Positions 8,683 through 18,857 of a stretch of DNA of 64,000 nucleotides are shown here, piece by piece; positions within the stretch are counted from its first letter, which is position 1; the number at the start of each line of letters is the position of its first letter. A program made the translations under genes and the position numbers. The notes beneath the pieces were generated by a model. That model was not told where the DNA came from. It worked only from the letters and a program-made list of their open reading frames with translations, and made no database searches. Source of the DNA: Candidatus Moanibacter sp. (GTDB taxonomy: Bacteria; Verrucomicrobiota; Verrucomicrobiia; Opitutales; UBA2987); the NCBI GenBank assembly GCA_965215885.1, contig CBDCEW010000104.1, positions 256,001 through 320,000 of the forward strand, read 5' to 3'.

Positions 8683-10677
8683 TCATCCCCCTCGCGCGAT
8701 GCGCTGTACCTTGTGTTTTGTCACGGTATTGCCTCGCGCTCCCCGTCCTTTGATTCCGATCGTCGAAAAATCGAATTCGATGACTTTCTTTCTGGCCCGG
8801 GATTTGGGATCGAGATGGAGCAGAACTCTGTTGTCGGGGTCGCCGTTTTCCTGGTGAGCAAAATAGAGAACTCTTGTGCCTATATTGCCTTGGGCGAGAT
8901 CGTAGACTTTGTTGCGAGTGACTCCTCCGACTTGAAACTTCTTCGCATATGTCCGGCCCGACTTGCCGTCGCGATAGATCATAGCGTAGGTACTTTCCAC
9001 TCCCTTCCTGAAGATAGCCAAATGAGCTGGATTCTTTCCCACAAAAGCCTTATCAGAAATCTTTGAAACCAGCATGGTTCCGTCGCGGCGAAAGACAATA
9101 ACATCGTCCATGCGCGAACATTTTTCTATTCTTTGGTCTCGCTTCAAGCCGTAACCGGCGAAGCCTTCTTTGGCATTGAGATACAGACTCTCTGTCGCGA
9201 CGGCGACTTTCGCTGCCACAATTTTATCGAAAGAATCGATCCTGGTTTTCCTTACACGATCTAACCCGAAAGTCTCTTTTAACCCTTCGAAGTAGCGGAT
9301 CGCATATCGAGTTAAATTCTTGAGATTCTTCTGCACGACTGTGATCTCGCCTTCCAATCTCTCAATCTCCTCAGCAGCCTTCATGCTGTCGTAACGGGAT
9401 ATCCGTTTAATTCGAATTTCCAGGAGTCGAACGATGTCATCGCGAGTGATCTTTCGTTTGAGGAGCTTGCAGTACGGTGCCAGACCCTGATCAACCGCTT
9501 GCAGGACGGTTTCCCAGGTAGTCATTTTCTCGATTCTGCGATATATCCTTTTTTGAATAAAGATCTTCTCCAGAGATGCAAAGTGCCAACGTTCATTCAA
9601 TTCGCTTAGCTTGATCTGCAGTTCGCTTTTCAGAAGTTCTCTTGTACGTTTGGCAGATCGTTTGAGAAGCTCGCTAACGGAAAGGAAGCGGGGTGTTTGT
9701 TCATCGATGACGCAAGCGTTCGGAGAAATTGATACTTCACAATCGGTGAACGCGAAGAGAGCCTGCACAGCGTGTTCGGGATCGGTGCCGGGAGGGAGTT
9801 GGATGAGTATCTCGACGTTCTCGGCTGTATTGTCTTCGATCTTGCTGATCTTGATTCGTCCCTTTTGATTGGCGGAAAGGACGGAGTCGATTAGAGAGCT
9901 TGTCGTTGTCGTGAAGGGTATCTCGTGGATGATCAACCGGGTCTTCTTAACAATCTCGATTCGGGCCCGGCTGCGTACCCTGCCTCCGCGCAGACCATCG
10001 TTGTACTCGGAAAAGTCTGCAATTCCTCCGGTTGGGAAATCGGGAAAAATTCGGGGATTTTTCCGGCGCAGCGCGTCGATTGCGCCGTCGATGATCTCAT
10101 TAAAGTTGTGGGGTAGGATCCTCGTCGAAAGACCTACCGCGATTCCTTCGGCGCCCTGAGCCAGGAGAAGGGGGAACTTTGCCGGGAGCGTTACAGGTTC
10201 TCTGTTCCGACCGTCATAAGAGAGTGCCCATTCCGTGATTTTGTCGCTGAAGAGAATCTCAAGTGCGAACCTGGAGAGACGTGCTTCAATGTAGCGCGCC
10301 GCCGCCGCTGGATCGCCCGTGGCGGTGTTTCCCCAGTTACCCTGAGCGTCAATGAGGAATTCCTTCTGACCGAGCTGAATGAGCGCGTCCCTGATTGCGT
10401 CGTCCCCGTGGGGGTGATATTTCATGGAGTTTCCGACAATGTTGGCCACTTTGTTATAGCGGCCGTCTTCCAATTCCTTCATCGAGTGAAGGATGCGCCT
10501 TTGGACCGGCTTAAGGCCGTCGTCAATGTTCGGTACGGCGCGTTCCAGAATGACATAGGATGCGTAGTCGAGAAACCATTCACCGTACATTTCGTCGACA
10601 TGTGCCACAGTCGGTTCGGCGCTGCCAGACGGAGGCCGTTTGCGACTCTCAGTTCTTCTCTCTTTCCGTTTTGGCAT
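8683..10677 (-). CDS. parC: DNA topoisomerase IV / gyrase subunit A (short CTD, ParC-like)
   Basis: YASYVILERAVPNIDDGLKPVQRRIL, KYHPHGD, AAARYIEARL (catalytic Tyr); 664 aa. Confidence 0.85.
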   Translation of the reverse strand: MPKRKERRTESRKRPPSGSAEPTVAHVDEMYGEWFLDYASYVILERAVPNIDDGLKPVQRRILHSMKELEDGRYNKVANIVGNSMKYHPHGDDAIRDALIQLGQKEFLIDAQGNWGNTATGDPAAAARYIEARLSRFALEILFSDKITEWALSYDGRNREPVTLPAKFPLLLAQGAEGIAVGLSTRILPHNFNEIIDGAIDALRRKNPRIFPDFPTGGIADFSEYNDGLRGGRVRSRARIEIVKKTRLIIHEIPFTTTTSSLIDSVLSANQKGRIKISKIEDNTAENVEILIQLPPGTDPEHAVQALFAFTDCEVSISPNACVIDEQTPRFLSVSELLKRSAKRTRELLKSELQIKLSELNERWHFASLEKIFIQKRIYRRIEKMTTWETVLQAVDQGLAPYCKLLKRKITRDDIVRLLEIRIKRISRYDSMKAAEEIERLEGEITVVQKNLKNLTRYAIRYFEGLKETFGLDRVRKTRIDSFDKIVAAKVAVATESLYLNAKEGFAGYGLKRDQRIEKCSRMDDVIVFRRDGTMLVSKISDKAFVGKNPAHLAIFRKGVESTYAMIYRDGKSGRTYAKKFQVGGVTRNKVYDLAQGNIGTRVLYFAHQENGDPDNRVLLHLDPKSRARKKVIEFDFSTIGIKGRGARGNTVTKHKVQRIARGG

Positions 10678-10992
10678 TACTGAACTCGAAAGTTGAAAAG
10701 GAACACTTGCTACGATTCTACTCGAACGCGAATGCGTCCGGCTACCAATTCGTCAATATCAGTCATATTCTTTCGTAGCCGGAGCGCTTCGCGCTTCGGA
10801 CTTCCCAAGTTCCATCCTATAAATCTTCCAGAATCGCTCGCGAAAGTTATTCTGTCGCCAGTCGAGATTCGGACATCCGGAGGCCAGACTTCCCGAATAC
10901 TGCCAGTCACTCGAATGCTCCACGAGTCCTCCGCGAACCGGATTCTCAGCAATGTAATAGAGGTGCGACGCATTGCGAGAAAGTCTTGATCA

Positions 10993-11127
10993 CCTGCCGG
11001 GCAAGCCGGCAGGGGGATCGCGGGTACGACCTGGATGTAGTTCGACTGGCGGACAAGCCGGCAGGGGGGATTGTGAATGTGATCTGGAAGTGGTTTGCCT
11101 GCCGGGTAAGCCGGCAGGGGGGAATCG
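10993..11127. repeat. Three tandem ~53-bp units, each with a CCTGCCGG-NNAG-CCGGCAGG palindrome (REP-like)
   Basis: Copies start at about 10993, 11045 and 11098, and the linkers resemble each other. Confidence 0.75.
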
Positions 11128-11135
11128 AACTTACC

Positions 11136-13715
11136 CTACCCGAGGACGTTTTTCTCCTTAAGGGGAAGGGAGTTCCTTGGTTTTTTGTCGAATTGGTAGA
11201 GGGCGTTGGCCACTGCTCCAGCGGTGGGAACGAGTCCGATTTCGCCCACGCCTTTGGCGCCGTAAGGGCCGTGTGGATCAGGACATTCGACTCCAATCAC
11301 TTCGACTTTCGGCATATACCTCGGTTTGAGGACACCGCAGTCGACGAATCGTTTTGATTTGAGATAGCCATTCTCCATAGGGAGATCCTCGGTCAAGGCA
11401 TAACCCAGTCCCATGTGGATGGCGCCTTCGATCTGCCCTTCGAAGAGGTTTGGGTTCATGACTCTTCCGGCATCGTGGGCGGCATAGACGGTGTCGATTT
11501 TGCCCTTTTCGTCGAGGGTTACGAGTTGGGTGGCATAACCGTATGAATAGTGAGTAATCTCTTCTCCCTTTTCATTGGGATGCCCCGATTTGGTGGTCCA
11601 ATCACAAACCCATTTACCCCGATAGGATTTTCCAGCGAGATCGCCGAGCGAATGAGTCGCGAGGTCCTCGTTGAGTTCCTTACAGGCATCGATCACAGAA
11701 TTGCCGATAAGCGAGGTGGCCCGTGAGGCGGTGGTCATTCCACATACGGTATTTGCGCTCGTATCGACTACGACATCGACAATTTCCGGATCGAGGCCGG
11801 TCTCCTCGCAGAAAGTCTGAATGGCCATATTGTGGGCGCCCTGCCCCATTTCCGTCCATCCGTGATAGATCACGACGCTATCTTCGGAGACGATATCGAT
11901 ACGACACTCGCCTGTATCCGGCATGCCGTTGCCGATGCCGGTGTTTTTAATGCCGCATGCGATCCCGGCATATTTCGCTTCGTAGAAATGATCCTTCACC
12001 GCCAGGAGTGTCTCTTGTAGACCGCAGCCGCCCTCGATTTTTTGACCGGTGGTGGTATAAGTTCCGTCGCGGATGACGTTGTCGTAGCGGACCTGCCAGC
12101 GATCAAAGCCTCCTTGCTCGCACAGATCTTCGACGCACCGTTCCATCGCAAAAGCCACCTGATTGACTCCAAAGCCACGAAAAGCGCCGCAGGGAATATT
12201 GTTCGTATAGACTGCCTTACTCTTTATAGAAACGTTCGGCACGCTGTATGCGCCGGTGGCGTGACCCAGACCACGCTCGGCTACTTTCATTCCAACCGAA
12301 GCGTAGGCTCCCGTATCGAGGACAAGATCGGCTTTCAGACCCGTTAGTTTGCCGTCCTTATCGCAGCCGACTTCGTAGTCCATTATGAAAGGATGACGCT
12401 TCGGGTGCATTATGAGCGATTCCTCCCGATTCAAGGTCAGTTTGACCGGAACCTTCAAATGGTAGGCAAAGAGAGCAACATGACCTTGAATGAGCATGTC
12501 CTCCTTACCACCGAAGGCGCCGCCGCATTGTACCTGTACGACATGTATATCTTCCTGAGGCATGGCGAGGAGGCTGGCCAGTTGGGCACGATCGTCGAAA
12601 ACGCCCTGAGTCTGTGAGTATACACGGAGACCGGTGAATCCGTTACTTCCGAAGGGTTCGACGAGGCAAGACTCGGGTTCCATGAAAGCGTGTTCGACAC
12701 GCTGGGTGGTATAGCGCCCCTTTGTCGTGTAGGCTGACTCCGCCAATGCCTTATCCACATCTCCCCGACTGATGCTGTTTTGAAACAGTATGTTTCCGGT
12801 GGGATGAATCCTTGCGGCCTCCTCTTCGAGGGCTTCGAAAACATCCGTAACCGGTTCCTTTATTTCGTATTCGATCTCGATTAGATCGACCGCTTTACGC
12901 GCTGTTGCTTCAGAAACCGCCACAACACCTGCCAGGACATCACCAATATATCGGGCTTCCTCACCCTCCGCGATCATTATAGGCCAGTCCTGGACGATGA
13001 GGCCGATATTGCGTTCTCCGGGAACATCTCCAGCAGTGAAAATGTGCACGACACCATCAAGATTTTCTGCTTCCTCGGTATTGATTGAGAGCACCTTTGC
13101 CCTTGGATAATCGCTCAATTTGAGGGCAGCGAAGAGCAGCCCGGGCATCTTCATATCGTCGACATAGGGCCGAAATCCCAATGAGGCGGTACCGCATTCG
13201 TATTTGCGGAATCGTTTGCCGACTCTACCGGTAGTGTCTTCCCGGGGAACTGTTTTGTTTTCTCTAATAGCTTGAGCCGCCTCCAGAATGGAATCGACAA
13301 TCTTTACGTAGCCGGTGCATCGGCAGAGATTCATGTTGAGCGCCTTCACGACCTCCTCTCGTGTAGGATCGGGGTTCTTATCCAACAATACTTTGGCCTG
13401 CATGACGAATCCAGGGATGCAAAAACCGCATTGAATTCCTCCTTTTTCGACAAAAGCGTCGGCAAAGGCCTCTTGTAGTCGTTGGTCCAGACCGTCCACT
13501 GTAGTAACGCTTTTTCCTTCCATACGACTCATCTTAGTAACGCATGAGAGAATACCCTTACTGTCTACCTGCACCGCACAGCAGCCACAAGCGGCCTCAT
13601 CGTTGCATCCCTTCTTCGCCGTGATAATTCCTTCGTGTTCCCTGAGGTAATCCAGGAGAGTACCTTCGGGATCACCCTGGAAATCTCTCTGCTCGCCGTT
13701 TAGTATGAAATCCAT
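11136..13715 (-). CDS. Molybdopterin hydroxylase, selenium-dependent xanthine dehydrogenase type (fused 2Fe-2S + Moco-binding domains)
   Basis: N-terminal KKGCNDEAACGCC, QCGFCIPG and NLCRCTGY 2Fe-2S motifs; Moco domain GGAFGGK, AFRGFG, EMGQG, TTASR, GAKGVGE. 859 aa, no FAD domain. Confidence 0.85.
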   Translation of the reverse strand: MDFILNGEQRDFQGDPEGTLLDYLREHEGIITAKKGCNDEAACGCCAVQVDSKGILSCVTKMSRMEGKSVTTVDGLDQRLQEAFADAFVEKGGIQCGFCIPGFVMQAKVLLDKNPDPTREEVVKALNMNLCRCTGYVKIVDSILEAAQAIRENKTVPREDTTGRVGKRFRKYECGTASLGFRPYVDDMKMPGLLFAALKLSDYPRAKVLSINTEEAENLDGVVHIFTAGDVPGERNIGLIVQDWPIMIAEGEEARYIGDVLAGVVAVSEATARKAVDLIEIEYEIKEPVTDVFEALEEEAARIHPTGNILFQNSISRGDVDKALAESAYTTKGRYTTQRVEHAFMEPESCLVEPFGSNGFTGLRVYSQTQGVFDDRAQLASLLAMPQEDIHVVQVQCGGAFGGKEDMLIQGHVALFAYHLKVPVKLTLNREESLIMHPKRHPFIMDYEVGCDKDGKLTGLKADLVLDTGAYASVGMKVAERGLGHATGAYSVPNVSIKSKAVYTNNIPCGAFRGFGVNQVAFAMERCVEDLCEQGGFDRWQVRYDNVIRDGTYTTTGQKIEGGCGLQETLLAVKDHFYEAKYAGIACGIKNTGIGNGMPDTGECRIDIVSEDSVVIYHGWTEMGQGAHNMAIQTFCEETGLDPEIVDVVVDTSANTVCGMTTASRATSLIGNSVIDACKELNEDLATHSLGDLAGKSYRGKWVCDWTTKSGHPNEKGEEITHYSYGYATQLVTLDEKGKIDTVYAAHDAGRVMNPNLFEGQIEGAIHMGLGYALTEDLPMENGYLKSKRFVDCGVLKPRYMPKVEVIGVECPDPHGPYGAKGVGEIGLVPTAGAVANALYQFDKKPRNSLPLKEKNVLG

Positions 13716-14221
13716 GCCTTCGCGTTTCTCTTAATTTGAACTTCAGTTTAGTAGTAGATTATATTCTGGTAGTCGAATAAAGTAAACCGCTCAACTGCTT
13801 TCAAAAGATGCTCGGCCGGCCTTATTCGTTAAAGGCCACCTCTCATCAACGGCCTTGACTCAGTGGACAATTCAATGCGGAAACGCCGCCTGTCCACTCC
13901 TTACTGGCTAGATGATCGGAGGGCTAAGCTCCAAATTCGATCAGTCTAATGCCACTGGATGGCTTCATTCTATTCGAAGAAGGTAGTATGAGCACGATGT
14001 GCTGTAAAGGTCAAATTGCGCAGCGATTTGACATCAGCATCGAGAGAACGAAGAGCCTCGGGCTACCAGCCATCTTGACTTCGTCTTGAATTGCGTAAAA
14101 CATATCGATTCTGATGGTTTCTCGGAAAAAACCGAACGTTATAATCCCGCCTTGCGGAACAAGAAAGTGGCCGCCAACCAAGTGAGGCTTACTTTTTCAG
14201 CAGAATCGAAGGAAGGAGAAT

Positions 14222-15352
14222 ATGATTTCACGCGAGGCAGCTCTAGGATTTAAAGACGCAAGCGGTGACGAATTTGACGATTTCCTGGCGAAGGCATCGG
14301 AGGTTCGCGATAGACACTGGGGCAAGACGCTAACGTATTCGAGGAAAGTCTTTATTCCCCTTACCAACATGTGCCGGGACGACTGCGGATATTGCGTGTT
14401 CGTGAAGAGACCAAGAACGAGGGAAGCGCGCTATATGACTCCCGATGAAGTTCTGCGGGTGACGGAGGAGGGAAAGAGATTGGGTTGCAAGGAAGCGCTC
14501 TTCAGCCTGGGGGAGAGACCGGAGACGCGCTATCAAGAGGCGCGAGACGCGCTCCACCGGTTAGGATATTCCCAAACGATCGATTATCTGCGAGATATGT
14601 GTGAGAGTGTCGCAAGAAATACCGGCCTGATCCCTCACGCCAATCCGGGGACTCTGTCTGAGGAGGAAATTCGGAAGCTGAAGCCGGTCACGGGAAGTAT
14701 GGGAATAATGCTGGAGAGTATCAGTGAGCGTCTATTGCAAAGGGGTGAAGCGCATTATCGCTGCCCTGACAAAGTCCCCGGAAAAAGACTGGAAACTCTC
14801 GCAATTGCGGGAAGGCACGATGTCCCCTTTACTACCGGGATCCTCATCGGAATCGGAGAGACCTGGGAGGAGCGCCTCGATGCACTATTCGCCATCGATC
14901 GCATTCATCGGGAGTACGGCCATATTCAGGAGGTAATCGTACAGAATTTCCGCGCCAAACAGGGAATCGCTATGGTCGATCATCCCGAACCAACACATAT
15001 TGATATGATGCGGACGATTGCCGTTACCCGTTTAGTGATTGATCCTTCCATCAGTGTGCAGGCGCCGCCGAATTTGCAGGATCGCTATGCCGAATATATC
15101 GGGGCTGGTTTGAATGACTGGGGAGGGATATCCCCCCTCACAATCGATCATATTAATCCCGAACGCGCCTGGCCACAGATCTGTAAACTTCGTCAGCGGT
15201 GCCTCATGCAAGGGTATGATTTGCAGGAACGTCTCGCCGTCTACCCGAAATTTCTAAAGGACCCGGAGCGGTATCTCGATAGAGGTATGAGAGAGCCGCT
15301 CTTAAGTGTGGCAGGGAATAACGGAATGGCTAAGGTGCAGAGTCTGTCATGA
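14222..15352 (+). CDS. cofG: FO synthase subunit CofG
   Basis: TYSRKVFIPLTNMCRDDCGYC radical-SAM motif, EALFSLGERPE, PHANPG, QAPPNL, NDWGGISPLTIDHINPERAWP. Confidence 0.95.
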   Translation: MISREAALGFKDASGDEFDDFLAKASEVRDRHWGKTLTYSRKVFIPLTNMCRDDCGYCVFVKRPRTREARYMTPDEVLRVTEEGKRLGCKEALFSLGERPETRYQEARDALHRLGYSQTIDYLRDMCESVARNTGLIPHANPGTLSEEEIRKLKPVTGSMGIMLESISERLLQRGEAHYRCPDKVPGKRLETLAIAGRHDVPFTTGILIGIGETWEERLDALFAIDRIHREYGHIQEVIVQNFRAKQGIAMVDHPEPTHIDMMRTIAVTRLVIDPSISVQAPPNLQDRYAEYIGAGLNDWGGISPLTIDHINPERAWPQICKLRQRCLMQGYDLQERLAVYPKFLKDPERYLDRGMREPLLSVAGNNGMAKVQSLS

Positions 15353-16605
15353 GAGAGGAGTATTCTGAGAGTCGGGGGACTTCCGGTCCCGGTCAGACGA
15401 TGGAAGAACTTTTCGCGTCGATTGGTTCGGATGTGCGAAGTATTCTTGAGAAGGCGCTGTGTGGTGGAGAAATCAGTGTGGATGAGGGCATAGCGCTGTT
15501 TGATACGCGAGGCAGGGAACTAGAGGCGTTGCTGGTTGCGGCCGACAGGATGAGGAAGCGGAAGGTAGGAGATTTCGTATCCTTCGTCATTGTTCGAAAC
15601 ATAAATTTCACAAACGTTTGCTACACGGGTTGCCGGTTCTGTGCGTTCGCCAAGAGGAAAGACGATCCGGAGGCTGAGTTTCTCTCTTTTGCAGAGATTA
15701 AAAGAAGGACCCAGGAAGCGTGGGATCGCGGCGCCACGGAGGTATGTGTCCAGGGTGGCCTCCATCCTAATATTAAAGGCGACCATTACCGGAAGATAGT
15801 AGAAGCTATAAAGGATCAGGTGCCGGATATGCATGTGCACGCCTTTTCGCCCTTTGAGATTCAATATGGATCCAGGCTATTGGGAGTGACCCCACGGGAA
15901 TTCCTGCTGGATCTGAAAGAAGCCGGCTTAGACACGATACCGGGGACGGCAGCGGAGATCCTCGATGTGGAAATTCGAACCAGGCTGACGCGCAATAAGC
16001 TCTCTACGGCAGATTGGGTAACGATTATCAAGACCGCGCATAATTTGGGAATTCGTTCGACTGCCACGATCATGTACGGACATATCGACGAACCGAAACA
16101 TTGGGCTGCACATATCGCACTGATTCGGGATATCCAAAAAGAGACAGGAGGATTTACTGAGTTTGTTCCCCTCGGCTTCGTCCATTATGATGCGCCCATT
16201 TTTCTGGATGGAGAGGCACGAACGGGGCCGACGAGTGGCGAGAATTTACGAATGCACGCGGTGGCGCGGCTGATGCTAAACGGATGGATCGATAACATTC
16301 AGGTGTCGTGGGTTAAGATGGGCCCAAACGCAGCGCAGAGATTGCTACATTGTGGCGTCAACGACCTTGGCGGAACTCTCATGAACGAGAGTATTTCGCG
16401 GGCAGCCGGAGCAAGGTATGGACAGGAAGTGACTCCTTTGGAGATGACTCGGATAATTCGGGGAGCGGAGAGAATTCCAGTGCAACGAAACACACACTAC
16501 AAAATCGTTCGCGTCTTTGATTCAGAGGATCCTCCTGAGTACGAAACTCTTGTTGAGCGCGAATGCTATAATTGGAGTCAGGAGAGTTTGATGCGTGATG
16601 CGTGA
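15349..16605 (+). CDS. cofH: FO synthase subunit CofH
   Basis: RNINFTNVCYTGCRFCAF, GATEVCVQGGLHP, PGTAAEILD, NIQVSWVK, NDLGGTLMNESISRAAG. ATGA overlap with cofG. Confidence 0.95.
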   Translation: MREEYSESRGTSGPGQTMEELFASIGSDVRSILEKALCGGEISVDEGIALFDTRGRELEALLVAADRMRKRKVGDFVSFVIVRNINFTNVCYTGCRFCAFAKRKDDPEAEFLSFAEIKRRTQEAWDRGATEVCVQGGLHPNIKGDHYRKIVEAIKDQVPDMHVHAFSPFEIQYGSRLLGVTPREFLLDLKEAGLDTIPGTAAEILDVEIRTRLTRNKLSTADWVTIIKTAHNLGIRSTATIMYGHIDEPKHWAAHIALIRDIQKETGGFTEFVPLGFVHYDAPIFLDGEARTGPTSGENLRMHAVARLMLNGWIDNIQVSWVKMGPNAAQRLLHCGVNDLGGTLMNESISRAAGARYGQEVTPLEMTRIIRGAERIPVQRNTHYKIVRVFDSEDPPEYETLVERECYNWSQESLMRDA

Positions 16606-16779
16606 TGCCCTTCGACATGCTCAGGGTCTACGCTACGCTTCGACGGGATGCGGGATGTGGTGGCGATAGGAAGACTTTGAGCATCGCCTGCCAAGCCGTG
16701 GTCCCGCTTGGCGGGATTACCAACACTACGAATTTGAGTACTAAGTTACGAAGAAGACAGAATTAAGGAATTAAGAATT

Positions 16780-17790
16780 ATGGAATCAGATAAGAGGAGA
16801 ATGGCGTTGTATCTGCAGGATATGCACTCGCTGCAGGATGGAATTCGATATTGCCAGTACGCCGAGAAGAAAGGGTTTGAAGCCGTTTGGCAGGCCGAGT
16901 CGCGCCTCGTTCGTGATGCTATTGTGCCGATGGCTGCGTTTGCCGCTACGACGAGCAAGTTGAAGATCGGATCAGGTGTGATAAATAACTGGACCCGCAA
17001 CATTGGTTTGCTCGCCTCTACATTCCTGACTTTGGATGATCTGGCGCCGAATCGGGTGATGTGCGGGATTGGCGCGTGGTGGGATCCTCTTGCGGCGAAT
17101 GTCGGGATAAGGAGGCACAAGATGCTGAGGGCAATGCGGGAGACCATCGAGGTAATGCGGAAACTCCTGAATATGGAGACGGTTACTTATGATGGTGAGT
17201 TTCACAATGTAAAAGGGATTAAGCTGGATGTTGTGCACGGAAACACCGATCCGAGAAACGTCCCTTTGATGATCGGCGCTACGGGTCCGAAAATGCTGGA
17301 ATTGGCGGGAAAAATTGCCGACGGGGTGGTCTTGAACTATTGTGTCTCACCGGACTATAACGATCGTGCCCTGGAGTTGATCGAAAAGGGAGCTAAAGCC
17401 GCCGGGCGAACACTCGACGAAATCGACCGGCCACAACTCGTGGTCTGTTCAGTTGACAACGACGAAGATAAGGCCCGTTACGCCGCGAAATGGCTCCTTA
17501 CTCAGTACCTGGCGCAGCAGCCGCATATTGCCGAGGCGAGCAAAACCCCGGTAGATATTGTCGAAAAGATACAATCCATTCTCGGCTGGCCTGCTACAAA
17601 AGAGCAGGTGGAGAAGGCGATGGTGTTTGTTCCGGACGATCTGGTCGACCGCATCACCGCGAGTGGGACTCCGGATCAGGCGCGGGCCAAAGTCAAAGAG
17701 TATATCGACCATGGATGCACCTGTCCGATCTTATACCCGATGGCTGACGATGTACATGCCATGATCGATGCTTTTGCGGTGGAGGACTAA
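16780..17790 (+). CDS. Luciferase-like (LLM) oxidoreductase, probably F420-dependent (Mer-like fold)
   Basis: [54 protein letters not shown]; lies inside the cof operon. Confidence 0.85.
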   Translation: MESDKRRMALYLQDMHSLQDGIRYCQYAEKKGFEAVWQAESRLVRDAIVPMAAFAATTSKLKIGSGVINNWTRNIGLLASTFLTLDDLAPNRVMCGIGAWWDPLAANVGIRRHKMLRAMRETIEVMRKLLNMETVTYDGEFHNVKGIKLDVVHGNTDPRNVPLMIGATGPKMLELAGKIADGVVLNYCVSPDYNDRALELIEKGAKAAGRTLDEIDRPQLVVCSVDNDEDKARYAAKWLLTQYLAQQPHIAEASKTPVDIVEKIQSILGWPATKEQVEKAMVFVPDDLVDRITASGTPDQARAKVKEYIDHGCTCPILYPMADDVHAMIDAFAVED

Positions 17791-17884
17791 GGAATCTGTC
17801 GGATTCAGCACCGTCGGAATCTCAACCTGTCACGTAGAAATCCGCGTAATAGGGATAATTAGAAAGCTAAGTCCGATCGATTCC
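17791..17884. mobile_element. MITE with imperfect terminal IRs GGAATCTGTCGGATTCAGC / GCTAAGTCCGATCGATTCC
   Basis: Inverted ends flanked by CTAA and TAG. Related ends recur at about 20954, 21002, 21305, 29634, 29657 and at the IS110 insertion site. Confidence 0.65.
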
Positions 17885-17924
17885 TAGAGTCTAATTGCAG
17901 GTTCTCAGATTCTACGGACGGATT

Positions 17925-18857
17925 ATGAGAGTTACAGTACTGGCCGGTGGAGTGGGAGGGGCGAAACTGGTCACCGGTCTGGCGGGGTTGCTCGATCCTG
18001 AAGACCTAACCGTCATCGGTAATGTCGGTGACGATGTCGAACTGCACGGTCTGTGGATCTCTCCCGACATGGACATCCTAACCTATTCGCTGGCCGGGGT
18101 GGTTGACCGAAAGAAGGGTTGGGGATTCGCCGACGAGACGTTCAACACGCTGGATGCAATGCAGCTTTTGGGTGAAGAAACCTGGTTTCTATTAGGAGAC
18201 AAGGATCTCGCTACGCACATATTCAGAACGCGCCTGAGAAGGGAAGGAATTCGCCCAACCGAGATTGCATTGCGAATTTCCGAAAGGTTAGGCGTAACCG
18301 TGCGCGTGATTCCTCCCACCGACGACTCTGTGCGCACGATTATTTTGACGGCTTCCGGGTGGCTGAATTTCCAGGAGTATTTTGTTCGTGAGCAGTGCGT
18401 TCCGGAAATTGAGTCGGTTGCGTATGAGGGAGCGGAAGAGGCGCGTCCAACATCCGAAACTCTCGCAGCGATCGAAAATGGTGAACTCATAATCATCGCT
18501 CCAAGCAATCCGGTGGCCAGTATCGGGCCGATTCTGGCCATACCGGGAGTTAAGAAAGCCATTAGGCAGTCACCTGCTCGTAAAGTATCCGTATCGCCGA
18601 TTGTGGGTGGACGCTCTTTGAAGGGGCCTGCCGACAGAATGCTGCAATATTCCGGCCTCGATGTGAGCCCGTTGGGAATAGCGAGGTATTATGATGGGCT
18701 CATTGACACAATCGTAATTGATTGTGTCGATACAGGGATGGAGGAGGCACTGAAAGCAAATGGTTTGCGTGTATTGACTACATCGACGATCGTGAATACA
18801 GAGTCAGAAAAACTGAGATTGGCAGAGTCGCTTCTCAACTTTTGTGGTGAATCCTGA
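17925..18857 (+). CDS. cofD: 2-phospho-L-lactate/EPPG:FO transferase CofD (FbiA)
   Basis: LAGGVGGAKL, NVGDD, ISPDMD, WFLLGDKDLATH, FQEYFV, APSNPVASIGPIL, VSPIVGG..KGPADRM. ATG at 17925 preferred over TTG at 17895. Confidence 0.95.
   Translation: MRVTVLAGGVGGAKLVTGLAGLLDPEDLTVIGNVGDDVELHGLWISPDMDILTYSLAGVVDRKKGWGFADETFNTLDAMQLLGEETWFLLGDKDLATHIFRTRLRREGIRPTEIALRISERLGVTVRVIPPTDDSVRTIILTASGWLNFQEYFVREQCVPEIESVAYEGAEEARPTSETLAAIENGELIIIAPSNPVASIGPILAIPGVKKAIRQSPARKVSVSPIVGGRSLKGPADRMLQYSGLDVSPLGIARYYDGLIDTIVIDCVDTGMEEALKANGLRVLTTSTIVNTESEKLRLAESLLNFCGES

Noticed and set aside
10710..10973. 87-aa ORF between parC and xdh
   Set aside because: No recognisable motif or clear RBS; cannot be supported as a gene.
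10993..11127. Three regularly spaced palindromic repeats resembling a mini CRISPR array
   Set aside because: The repeats are degenerate, the two spacers resemble each other, and there is no leader or cas gene; better explained as tandem REP-like units.
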